Source of the DNA: a bacterium
GTDB taxonomy: Bacteria; Actinomycetota; Thermoleophilia; RBG-16-64-13
DNA length: 32,000 nucleotides
Assembly: GCA_043801935.1 (NCBI GenBank)
Contig: JAZDLO010000130.1
Coordinates: 12,051-44,050 of the forward strand
Direction: 5' to 3'
How positions within the stretch are numbered: position 1 is the first letter of the stretch; the number at the start of each line of letters is the position of its first letter. The notes under the pieces are model-generated. The model made no database searches and had not been told where the DNA came from. It was given only the letters and a program-made list of their open reading frames with translations. This document shows, piece by piece, positions 7,379-15,320 of this stretch. Made by a program: the position numbers and the translations under genes.

Positions 7379-8481
7379 CCGAACGCCGGCTTCTCGTCGA
7401 TATTCACAGGCGGCTTCCCTCCTTCACCCTCGACCTGCGGCTCGAGGTCGGCGAAGAGGTGCTGGTGCTGTTCGGCCCATCGGGTTCGGGCAAATCCATG
7501 ACTCTCGAGTCGATAGCCGGCCTGGTGACACCCGACCGGGGCGAGATGGTCCTCGATGGACGGGTCCTTTTCCGGCGCGGTCCGGGAGGTATGCAGACGA
7601 ACATGCCGGCTCGCAGACGAGGCGTCGGGTATGTCTTTCAAAGTTACGCCCTCTTTCCTCATCTGACGGTCCTGGGAAATGTCCGCTACCCCCTCGGCAG
7701 GGACCCAAAGGCACGGGAACGGGCGTTCGCGCTTATCGACCAAATGGGCATGACCCAGCTGGCGGACCGTCTCCCTCATCAGCTTTCCGGGGGTCAGCAG
7801 CAGAGGGTGGCCATCGCGCGGGCGCTGGCCAGGGACCCCGAAGTCCTGTTGCTCGACGAGCCCTTCTCCGCGCTCGACGCCGGACTCCGGGAAAGGCTAA
7901 GGACGGATCTGCGGTCGCTCCAGGTTGAACGACGTCTCGTGGTCATTTGCGTCACCCACAACGCAGAGGACGCCTTCGCCCTCGGGGATCGGCTCGCGGT
8001 CCTGCGGGATGGAGAACTCGAACAGGTAGGGACGGTGGGGGACGTATTCCACCGGCCCTCCACCATGCGCGCGGCAGAGGTGCTCGGGATCCGGAATATT
8101 TTTCACGCGCGTGTCTCGAGCGCGACCGCCGATCGCGTCGTTCTGGATTGGGAGGGCCTGCAGTTGTATGCACCCCCTCAGTCCTGCTCCCCGGGACAAC
8201 CGGTCCCCGTCTACGTCGCTCCGGAGGACGTCAAACTGCTTTATCCGGACCGGCCGGTGCTGGGCAGTTTAGCGGCGAACCAGCTAAGCGCGAGGGTCAT
8301 GAGCATCCACAACCGGCACGATATCCAGATCATCCGGCTTCTGCTGGACAACGGTCGTGAGTTGGAGGCGAGAGGCGCCAGCTATTTCTATCGGGAACTC
8401 GACCTTCATGCGGGTGGGCAGGTTCTGATCACCCTGCGGCAAGAGGGCCTGCGGATCCTCCATGAGGAGGACTCCGGCTGA
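7375..8481 (+). CDS. modC: Molybdate ABC transporter ATP-binding protein ModC with C-terminal TOBE-like domain
   Basis: Walker A GPSGSGKS, signature LSGGQQQRVAIARA, Walker B LLLDEPFSALD, and a C-terminal beta-rich region of about 130 aa. ATGA overlap with modB. Confidence 0.9.
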   Translation: MTERRLLVDIHRRLPSFTLDLRLEVGEEVLVLFGPSGSGKSMTLESIAGLVTPDRGEMVLDGRVLFRRGPGGMQTNMPARRRGVGYVFQSYALFPHLTVLGNVRYPLGRDPKARERAFALIDQMGMTQLADRLPHQLSGGQQQRVAIARALARDPEVLLLDEPFSALDAGLRERLRTDLRSLQVERRLVVICVTHNAEDAFALGDRLAVLRDGELEQVGTVGDVFHRPSTMRAAEVLGIRNIFHARVSSATADRVVLDWEGLQLYAPPQSCSPGQPVPVYVAPEDVKLLYPDRPVLGSLAANQLSARVMSIHNRHDIQIIRLLLDNGRELEARGASYFYRELDLHAGGQVLITLRQEGLRILHEEDSG

Positions 8482-8611
8482 AACCGAGACTTCGACGGAC
8501 TCTCGGCCAGTCGCGCGCGCGCCCACGCCCGGCGTGGCCTGAGTTGCCGCAGCGGGGAGTCCGGCCTTGGCGGTCCGCGGGCCCTCCTGCTATCATCTCC
8601 ACCCCTGACGT

Positions 8612-8683
8612 GGGCGATTAGCTCAGGGGGAGAGCGCTGTCTTCACACGGCAGAAGTCACTGGTTCAAATCCAGTATCGCCCA
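8612..8683 (+). tRNA. tRNA-Val (anticodon CAC)
   Basis: Manual cloverleaf: acceptor GGGCGAT/ATCGCCC, D-arm GCTC-AGGGGGA-GAGC, anticodon arm CTGTC-TTCACAC-GGCAG (anticodon CAC), variable loop AAGTC, T-arm ACTGG-TTCAAAT-CCAGT, discriminator A. CCA is not encoded. Confidence 0.9.
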
Positions 8684-8870
8684 CTTCTCTCGCATCTCAG
8701 CACCTCCCGGCCCTTGCGCGGCCGAGGTCCGTGCCAACGCGTTCTTGCTGTGTCTTGGCTCCTGTGCTACGGGCACGGACCGGTTGTCCACATGAGCTTG
8801 TCCCATTTCCTTGTAGGACATTGTCGGCCATTCCTGTAAGACATCATCCACTCGATATGTCGGCCGGTTG

Positions 8871-8912
8871 TTGACATAGCCCGCTTGCTTGTGTATTTAT
8901 GTACATGTCATG
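8871..8912 (+). promoter_or_regulatory. Conserved promoter/operator element, copy A (upstream of the HdrA/Qmo-like/Mvh operon)
   Basis: TTGACA (8871-8876), 17-nt spacer, TATTTA (8894-8899), then TATGTACATGTCATG. Identical at 38/42 positions to 23897-23938. Confidence 0.7.
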
Positions 8913-9222
8913 AGCGGCAAAGGTCTGGGCCGGCGGCCCCGTCCGCGCCGCGCGACCCGTGCCAGGGGGTACGATGCGGGCACAAACGTCAGCGTTGCCT
9001 CGAACCGGACCATACGGATCGTGACGTCCGTGCCGGCCCCCGATCCTCGCGACAAACCTTTTCTGCGCAGTCTCCAGCTTGCCTGTGCTCGTGCCGACCG
9101 CGATCGGTTGCGGCCAGACTTCGGACTCTTCCTGCAACCGGCGAGAGCATCGCGCTCGCCTGCACCAACGTCGAGGCCTACGGTACTACTACTCTAGGCC
9201 AACCGCTCGAACGGGGGGACAT

Positions 9223-11031
9223 ATGAGGACCGGCGTGTTCATTTGCCAGGTGGGTGGGGGCGACCCGGAGGCTGTAGACCTCCATGGCGTCGAGGCGTAC
9301 GCCGCCAATCTCCCCGACGTCGAATCGGTCAGGAATCTCGGTGTGCTTCCGGCTATCGACCCACAGACCCTCGCCGCCGAGTTCGCTCGCGACCGGCTGG
9401 AGCGGGTCGTGATAGCAGGCGATTCCCCCGGCTTCTTCAAGCCGGCCTTTGCCAGTGCCATGCGGCTCGCCGGCGGCGACCCCGACGAGGTCCGCTTGGC
9501 CTCCTTCCGTCAACACGGGGCGCTGTCGGGGATGGGTGCCCCTAGAGCGAAGTCCATCCTGGCTTGCGCGGTGCTGGGCGTACCGTTCCCTCTGGCCGCG
9601 GTCCCCGATACGACGGCGACCCATCCCGGCACGCTCATCATCGGGGCCGGGGTGGCCGGTATCCAGGCGGCGCTTGAGATCGCCGACGCGGGCAAACAGG
9701 TCTATCTGGTGGAGCGGACGGCCACCATCGGCGGGCACATGGCCATGTTCGACAAGACCTTTCCTACCCTGGACTGCGCCGCCTGCATCCTCACCCCCAA
9801 GATGGTGGCGGTGGGTCAGCACGAGATGATCGATCTCTTGACCTATGCCGAGGTCGAGGACATCAGCGGCTCGCCGGGGGCCTACCGGGCCAAGATCCGC
9901 AAGAAGGCCCGTCACGTGGACCTCGCCGCGTGTGTGGCCTGCAACGCGTGCACCGAGAGCTGTCCGGGCCGGGCATCCAGTGAGTTCGACTCGGGGATCG
10001 CCGAGCGCCGGTCTATCTTCATCCCCTTCCCTCAGGCGGTGCCTAACGCCTACGTGCTGGACGAGGCCTCCTGCCTCTACTTCCAGAGCGGGGGCGAGCG
10101 CTGCGGTGTGTGCGCCAAGAAATGCCCCAAGGAGTGCATCGATCTGGCCCAGAAGGATGAACTCATCGAGATACAAGTCGGCAACATCATCCTGGCCACC
10201 GGGTACGACATCTACGACGCCGCCAAGATCGAGCGCTACGGATATGGGACATTCCCCAACGTGCTTACCGCTCTCGAGTTCGAGCGCATGACCAACGCCT
10301 CGGGTCCCACCGGCGGCAAGATCGTCGTCAAGACGAAGAAGCACAACAAGCGCAAGAAAGTGGACGAATGGGTGCTCGACCCCGCGGGGAGTCCGCCGCG
10401 CAGCGTCGCCATCATCCATTGCGTCGGCTCCCGCGACGCCCAGCACAACGCGTACTGTTCGCGCGTCTGCTGCATGTACTCGCTGAAGTTCGCCCACCTG
10501 GTCAAGGAGAAGCTACCGGAGGCCATCTGCTACGAGTACTACATCGACATGCGCGCCTTCGGCAAGGGATATGAGGAGTTCGCCGACCGGATCGTGGCGG
10601 AGGGCACCTTTGTGGTGCGAGGACGCACCGCGCGCATCGTCGAGGTCGACGGGCAGATCGTCATCAAGGGCGAGGACATCCTCAGCGACAAGATGGTCGA
10701 CGCCCCGGTAGACATGGTCATCCTGGCCGTCGGCCTGGTTCCCGCGCGAGGCACCGAGCGGCTGGCCGAGATGCTCGGTATAGCCCGGGATCACGATGGC
10801 TGGTTCGGAGAGTTGGACTACAACTCCGATCCCACCGACACCGAACGGGGAGGGGTGTTCGTGGCAGGGGCCTGCCAGGCCCCCAAGGACATCCCCGACA
10901 CCGTCGCCCAGGCCTCGGCGGTCGCGGCCGGGGTCCTCAAGAGCATCACCACCGGTCGGGGATCGGACAGCCGAGCGGAGCTCTCTCTCAGTGACATCGA
11001 AGCGCGTGCGCGCAACCTCGTCCGGGTCTAA
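9223..11031 (+). CDS. hdrA: HdrA-like FAD/FeS flavoprotein, paralogue 1 (Cys-less N-terminal domain, inserted 2x[4Fe-4S] ferredoxin domain, no C-terminal ferredoxin domain)
   Basis: Dinucleotide fold LIIGAGVAGIQAALEIADAGKQVYLVERTATIGGHM. HdrA hallmark motifs FPTLDCAACILTPKM and HCVGSRD..YCSRVCCMYSLKFA. Inserted CVACNACTESCP and CGVCAKKCPKEC. ATG 9223 lies 5 nt after GGGGGG; the ORF-track start at 9079 has no support. Confidence 0.85.
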   Translation: MRTGVFICQVGGGDPEAVDLHGVEAYAANLPDVESVRNLGVLPAIDPQTLAAEFARDRLERVVIAGDSPGFFKPAFASAMRLAGGDPDEVRLASFRQHGALSGMGAPRAKSILACAVLGVPFPLAAVPDTTATHPGTLIIGAGVAGIQAALEIADAGKQVYLVERTATIGGHMAMFDKTFPTLDCAACILTPKMVAVGQHEMIDLLTYAEVEDISGSPGAYRAKIRKKARHVDLAACVACNACTESCPGRASSEFDSGIAERRSIFIPFPQAVPNAYVLDEASCLYFQSGGERCGVCAKKCPKECIDLAQKDELIEIQVGNIILATGYDIYDAAKIERYGYGTFPNVLTALEFERMTNASGPTGGKIVVKTKKHNKRKKVDEWVLDPAGSPPRSVAIIHCVGSRDAQHNAYCSRVCCMYSLKFAHLVKEKLPEAICYEYYIDMRAFGKGYEEFADRIVAEGTFVVRGRTARIVEVDGQIVIKGEDILSDKMVDAPVDMVILAVGLVPARGTERLAEMLGIARDHDGWFGELDYNSDPTDTERGGVFVAGACQAPKDIPDTVAQASAVAAGVLKSITTGRGSDSRAELSLSDIEARARNLVRV

Positions 11032-11042
11032 GGAGGATCAGC

Positions 11043-12188
11043 ATGGCGATCCGCGTCAATCCCAAACTGATCGACGATCTGGAGGTCTTCGGAGCGGAGG
11101 ACGTCTCCAACTGCTACCACTGCGGTAATTGCTCCGCCGTGTGTCCCTTCTCCAAGGAGCCGTATATCTTCCCCCGCCGATCCATGCGCTACCTACAGAT
11201 GGGACTGGAGAAGAAGCTGGAAGGCAGCCTGGAGCCGTGGCTCTGCTACTACTGCGGTGAATGCTCCGACGACTGTCCCCGTGACGCCGAGCCGGGCGAG
11301 ACCATGATGAGCCTGCGCCGCTGGTTGACCAGCCGGTACGACTTCACCGGCATCTCCCGGCTGTTCTACCGCTCGGGCAAGCTCGAGCTGATCATCATCA
11401 TCGCGGCCGCTCTGCTCACCGGTCTGGGGTTCGTGCTGTGGGGGATGTCGAAGGGAAGCATCCAGAGCTATGACGGTCCCAACGCCTTCCTGCCCCACGC
11501 GAGCATCCACTGGTTCGACTGGGGCCTCGCCGGCGTCCTCTTGGCGCTCCTGCTCACGAACTGCGCCCGCATGTGGTGGTTCACGATAGGGCGCGATAGG
11601 GATATCCATGTGCCCTTTACGCTGTACATACGAAAGGCGTTCCTCCTTCCATTGCACTTCTTCACCCAGAAACGCTACGCGAAGTGCGAGCGAAAGCGTC
11701 CTTGGCTGATCCACCTGGCTCTCATGCTGAGCTACGTGATCATGCTGGTGTTGATCATGTTCTTCCTCGGATTCATGCAGGGAGGGCCGGCGATCGATTG
11801 GCGGGTGCATGTGTTCGGCTACATCGCCACGGTGGGTCTGTTGGGGACCACGATCTTCGCCTTGCACGGACGCCTGCGCAAGACCGAGACCCAGTACAAG
11901 CATTCGCACGAGACGGATTGGATCTTTCTCGTCCTGCTCATCTTCGTGGCCTTCACCGGCATCCTGCAGCACATCATGCACCGGACCGGGTTGGACGTGG
12001 CGGCGAACGTGGTCTATGTGGTGCACCTGATGGGGGTAGTGCCCATGTTGGGGTTGGAGGTACCCTTCAGCAAGTGGTCGCACCTCGCCTACCGTCCTTT
12101 GGCCATGTACTTCGCCGACGTGCGGGCCGAGGCCCTGTCGGCGACCGTTGAAGCGCAGCGTCCCGTCCCAGCCCCTCAGACCACGTAG
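11043..12188 (+). CDS. QmoC-like subunit: HdrC-type 2x[4Fe-4S] ferredoxin domain fused to a 6-TM NarI/HdrE-like (putative cytochrome b) membrane domain
   Basis: N-terminal CYHCGNCSAVCP and CYYCGECSDDCP. This is followed by six hydrophobic helices carrying conserved-looking His residues (PWLIHLAL, IFALHG, ILQHIMH, VVYVVHLMG) and a terminal FSKWSHLAYRP motif typical of NarI-like proteins. Confidence 0.7.
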   Translation: MAIRVNPKLIDDLEVFGAEDVSNCYHCGNCSAVCPFSKEPYIFPRRSMRYLQMGLEKKLEGSLEPWLCYYCGECSDDCPRDAEPGETMMSLRRWLTSRYDFTGISRLFYRSGKLELIIIIAAALLTGLGFVLWGMSKGSIQSYDGPNAFLPHASIHWFDWGLAGVLLALLLTNCARMWWFTIGRDRDIHVPFTLYIRKAFLLPLHFFTQKRYAKCERKRPWLIHLALMLSYVIMLVLIMFFLGFMQGGPAIDWRVHVFGYIATVGLLGTTIFALHGRLRKTETQYKHSHETDWIFLVLLIFVAFTGILQHIMHRTGLDVAANVVYVVHLMGVVPMLGLEVPFSKWSHLAYRPLAMYFADVRAEALSATVEAQRPVPAPQTT

Positions 12189-12198
12189 CCGGAGCGTC

Positions 12199-13923
12199 AT
12201 GATGGATGAAAGAAAGATCGGCGTCTACGTATGCAACTGCGGTACCAACATCGCAAAGGTGGTCGACTGCGACGCGGTGGCTGAGTTCGCGTTGGGGCAG
12301 CCCGGGGTGGCAGTGGCCAAGTCGTACAAGTACATGTGTTCCAATCCGGGGCAGGAGATGATCGTCGAGGACATCAAGGCTCAGGGGCTGGACCGGGTAG
12401 TGGTGGCCGCCTGTAGCCCCCGGATGCACGAGCCCACGTTCCGTAAGGCCTTGGAGACCGCCGGGATCAACCCTTATTTCGTGGAGATGGCCAATATCCG
12501 CGAGCAGTGCAGCTGGGTGCACGACGACCCGGGGGTGGCGACGGACAAGGCGCGGGCGCTGACGCTCGCCGCCGTCCGGCGAGTGGCCTATCACGAACCC
12601 CTGGAGCGGCGCTCGGTAGAGATGAACTCTAACGTTCTGGTCATCGGGGGAGGCATGGTCGGCATGACCGCTGCCCTCGAACTGGCCGGTGGAGGGAGCC
12701 GGGTGTATCTCGTGGAGCGTCTAGACCACCTGGGCGGCAACGTGGCCCGGGTGGATCTCACCGCTCCCTATCTAGATTCTGCCCGGGACATGGTTACGGC
12801 CCTGGTGACGCGAACGACCGAGCATCCGCGCATCGAGGTGCTGCTCAACTCCGAGGTGACCGAAGTCAAGGGTTACGTCGGGAACTTCACATCCGTGGTC
12901 CAGACCATTTGGGGCGACCAGATAACCATGAGCGAGTTCCAGATGGGCAACGTGGTGGTCGCCACGGGGTACAAGGAGTTCGACGCCTCCCGGGTGACCC
13001 ACTACGGTTACGGCAAGCTGCCCAACGTCATCACTTCGTTCGAGCTCGAGAAGATGTTGCGGGCAGGGCGCGTCGAGACCAAAGAGGGTAAACCACCGCA
13101 GTATGTGGCCATCATCCACTGCGTGGGCAGCCGAAGTAAGGAGTTCCACGCCTACTGCTCGCGGGTCTGCTGCATGACTGCGCTCAAGTATACCCGGGAG
13201 GTTAAGTCCGCGCTTCCCAAGTGTTACGTGAGCGACGTCTACATCGACATGCATGCCTTCGGCAAAGGCCATGAGGACTTCTACCGGGGGACGTCCGAGG
13301 CCAAGACGCTGTTTCTCATGTACGGCAAGAACGATCACCCGGTGATCCGCAAGGCTGATCCCAAGGACGATTGCGAGATGCTCATCGAGGTGAACGAGAA
13401 GCTCTCGGGTGAGGTCATCGAGATCCCGGCCGACCTGGTGATCCTCATGGTGGGCATGGAAGCGCGGGAGGATTCGGAAGCGGTCGCCCGGCTGGTGAAC
13501 ATCAGCCGCGACAAAGACGGATGGTTCATCGAGAGCCATCCCAAGCTCGACCCGGTGGCCACGACCACCGAGGGCATCTACATCGCCGGTGCGTGCGCCG
13601 CGCCGAAGGACATCCCCGACTCGGTGGCGCAGGCCCGCGCCGCCGCCGGGCGCATCCTGGCCCGGACCCTCCGGGGCACCATCGATATCGACGCGGTGTT
13701 CGCCGAGGTCGACGAGGAGAAATGCTCGGGCTGCCGGATATGCAACGACCTCTGCCCCTACTCGGCAATAGACTACGACGACGAGAAGAAGCGCAGTAAC
13801 GTTATCAGCGCCCTCTGCAAGGCCTGCGGCGCCTGCGTGGCCGCCTGCCCCTCCAGCGCCATCACCGCCCGGCACTTCACCGACCAGCAGATATTCGCCG
13901 AGATCGAGGGGGTGCTGGCATGA
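12199..13923 (+). CDS. hdrA: HdrA-like FAD/FeS flavoprotein, paralogue 2 (Cys-rich N-terminal domain, no inserted ferredoxin domain, C-terminal 2x[4Fe-4S] ferredoxin domain)
   Basis: N-terminal IGVYVCNCGTNI..YMCSNPGQ..VVAACSPRMHE..IREQCSWVH. FAD fold VLVIGGGMVGMTAALELAGGGSRVYLVE. HCVGSRS..YCSRVCCMTALKY. C-terminal CSGCRICNDLCP and CKACGACVAACP. ATG 12199 follows GGAG; the ORF-track TTG at 12148 overlaps the upstream gene. Confidence 0.85.
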   Translation: MMDERKIGVYVCNCGTNIAKVVDCDAVAEFALGQPGVAVAKSYKYMCSNPGQEMIVEDIKAQGLDRVVVAACSPRMHEPTFRKALETAGINPYFVEMANIREQCSWVHDDPGVATDKARALTLAAVRRVAYHEPLERRSVEMNSNVLVIGGGMVGMTAALELAGGGSRVYLVERLDHLGGNVARVDLTAPYLDSARDMVTALVTRTTEHPRIEVLLNSEVTEVKGYVGNFTSVVQTIWGDQITMSEFQMGNVVVATGYKEFDASRVTHYGYGKLPNVITSFELEKMLRAGRVETKEGKPPQYVAIIHCVGSRSKEFHAYCSRVCCMTALKYTREVKSALPKCYVSDVYIDMHAFGKGHEDFYRGTSEAKTLFLMYGKNDHPVIRKADPKDDCEMLIEVNEKLSGEVIEIPADLVILMVGMEAREDSEAVARLVNISRDKDGWFIESHPKLDPVATTTEGIYIAGACAAPKDIPDSVAQARAAAGRILARTLRGTIDIDAVFAEVDEEKCSGCRICNDLCPYSAIDYDDEKKRSNVISALCKACGACVAACPSSAITARHFTDQQIFAEIEGVLA

Positions 13924-14354
13924 GCTTCGAGCCCAATATCGTCGGATTCCTGTGCAACTGGTGCTCGTACACGGGAGCCGATCTGGCAGGCACCAGCCGG
14001 ATCCACTACGCTCCGAACGTGAAGGTCATCCGGGTCATGTGTACCGCCCGCATCGATCCCACGTTCGTGCTCAAAGCCTTACGGGACGGGGCCGACGGGG
14101 TTCTCATCTGCGGATGCCACCCGGGGGACTGCCACTACTCGGAAGGCAACTACAAGATGATGCGCCGATACCCCCTGCTCAAGAAGATGCTCGCAGACTT
14201 CGGCATCGCAGAGGCCAGAGTGCGCCTCGAGTGGGTGAGCGCGAGCGAAGGCCAGCATTTTGCCGACATCGTGAACGATATGACCCAGCGCATCCGGGAA
14301 TTGGGACCGAGCCCCATACGGGCGGCCCTAGCCACTGACATGGCGGAGAGGTGA
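13920..14354 (+). CDS. mvhD: Methyl-viologen-reducing hydrogenase delta subunit (MvhD/FlpD family)
   Basis: IVGFLCNWCSYTGADLAG...VIRVMCTARIDP..LICGCHPGDCHY matches the MvhD Cys pattern. ATGA overlap with the preceding HdrA-like gene. Confidence 0.9.
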   Translation: MSFEPNIVGFLCNWCSYTGADLAGTSRIHYAPNVKVIRVMCTARIDPTFVLKALRDGADGVLICGCHPGDCHYSEGNYKMMRRYPLLKKMLADFGIAEARVRLEWVSASEGQHFADIVNDMTQRIRELGPSPIRAALATDMAER

Positions 14355-14357
14355 GTC

Positions 14358-15320
14358 GTGGCTGAGAAACTGCAGATCGCACTATATTGGGGCGCGGCCT
14401 GCGGCGGCTGCGACGTGGCGGTCTTGGACACCAACGAGTTCATCCTCGACGTGGCGGCCGTAGCCGACATCCGCCTGTGGCCCATCGCCGTGGACGGCAA
14501 ATACAAAGACGTCGAGGCCATGGAGGACGGGGAGCTCGATCTCGCCATCTTCAATGGAGCTGTGCGCAACTCGGAGAACGAGCACATCGCCCGGTTGCTG
14601 CGCCAGAAGAGCAAGCTCCTCATCGCCTTTGGAGCCTGCGCCTACATGGGCGGGATCCCCGGCCTGGCGAATCTCACCTCACGGGAGAAGATCTTCGACA
14701 CGGCTTACGTCCACAACCCCTCCATCGAGCCCGGCAGCAGCGTGGTGCCCCAACCCGAGAGCCGGGTGGATGGCAAGGTGCTCGACATCCCCCGGTTCTA
14801 CCGGCGAGTGTACCGCTTGGACCACGTGGTCGACGTCGACTACTACATCCCCGGCTGCCCACCCCAACCCGACCAAGTCAAGGGCGCCCTGCTCGCCGTC
14901 GTGAAGGGGGAGCTGCCCGCCAAGGGCTCCGTGGTGGGGGCGTACGAGCATGCTCTCTGCGAGGATTGCCCGCGCACCAGGAACGAGAAGAAGATCACCC
15001 GCTTCTACCGGCCCTGGGAGATCATGGCCGATCCCGAGACGTGCTTTTTGGAACAGGGCATACTCTGCGCAGGAGTGGCCACCCGCTCCGGATGCGGGGT
15101 GCGCTGTCCCAAGAGCGACATCCCCTGTCGCGGTTGCTATGGCCCGCCGCCGGGGGTCTTGGACCAGGGCGCCAAACTGGCGAGCGCGGTCTCCTCGATC
15201 GTCGACAGCAAGGACCCGGAGGAAATCCAGACGATCCTGGAAGGGCTGCCCGACTTCACCGGCTTCGCCTACCGGTACGGCGTAGCCTCATCGCTGCTGC
15301 AAAGGAGCTACCGGCCATGA
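14358..15320 (+). CDS. mvhG: [NiFe] hydrogenase small subunit, MvhG-like (group 3c context)
   Basis: N-terminal YWGAACGGCDVAVLD, then GACAYMGGIPG, IPGCPPQPDQV, and a distal Cys cluster region CEDCPR..CFLEQGILCAGVATRSGCGVRCPKSDIPCRGCYGP. GTG start 6 nt after GGAGAGG. Confidence 0.88.
   Translation: MAEKLQIALYWGAACGGCDVAVLDTNEFILDVAAVADIRLWPIAVDGKYKDVEAMEDGELDLAIFNGAVRNSENEHIARLLRQKSKLLIAFGACAYMGGIPGLANLTSREKIFDTAYVHNPSIEPGSSVVPQPESRVDGKVLDIPRFYRRVYRLDHVVDVDYYIPGCPPQPDQVKGALLAVVKGELPAKGSVVGAYEHALCEDCPRTRNEKKITRFYRPWEIMADPETCFLEQGILCAGVATRSGCGVRCPKSDIPCRGCYGPPPGVLDQGAKLASAVSSIVDSKDPEEIQTILEGLPDFTGFAYRYGVASSLLQRSYRP

Noticed and set aside
8612-8700. tRNA-Val as the attachment site of an integrated hydrogenase island
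   Set aside because: I could find no integrase or recombinase gene and no direct repeat of the tRNA 3' end in the window. The lower-GC stretch after the tRNA is explained by promoter DNA. This cannot be excluded without flanking sequence.
8871-8890. Reading TTGACA-N7-CTTGCT as a sigma54 (-24/-12) promoter because of the TTGC
   Set aside because: There is no GG dinucleotide at the -24 position, and the distance between the elements is about 2 nt too long for TGGCAC-N5-TTGC. A sigma70 -35/-10 pair with a 17-nt spacer fits better.
8913-9222. Known riboswitch classes (NiCo, c-di-GMP, cobalamin) in the long leaders
   Set aside because: I could not recognise any class-defining conserved nucleotides by eye. 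This needs a covariance-model scan, so no call is made.
8885-9226. ORFs 8885..9226 and 8889..9197 in the region upstream of the first HdrA-like gene
   Set aside because: They have no RBS, an Arg/Pro-rich composition and no recognisable family. They begin inside the conserved promoter element. The region is treated as a leader.
14387-15316. 5' extension of the large-subunit ORF (ORF track 14387..16780), which would make a 797-aa protein
   Set aside because: The upstream 310 codons are an out-of-frame read of the small-subunit gene and are Arg/Gly-rich. The canonical large-subunit N-terminus MTRTITIDPITRLEGHG begins at 15317 with an ATGA overlap.
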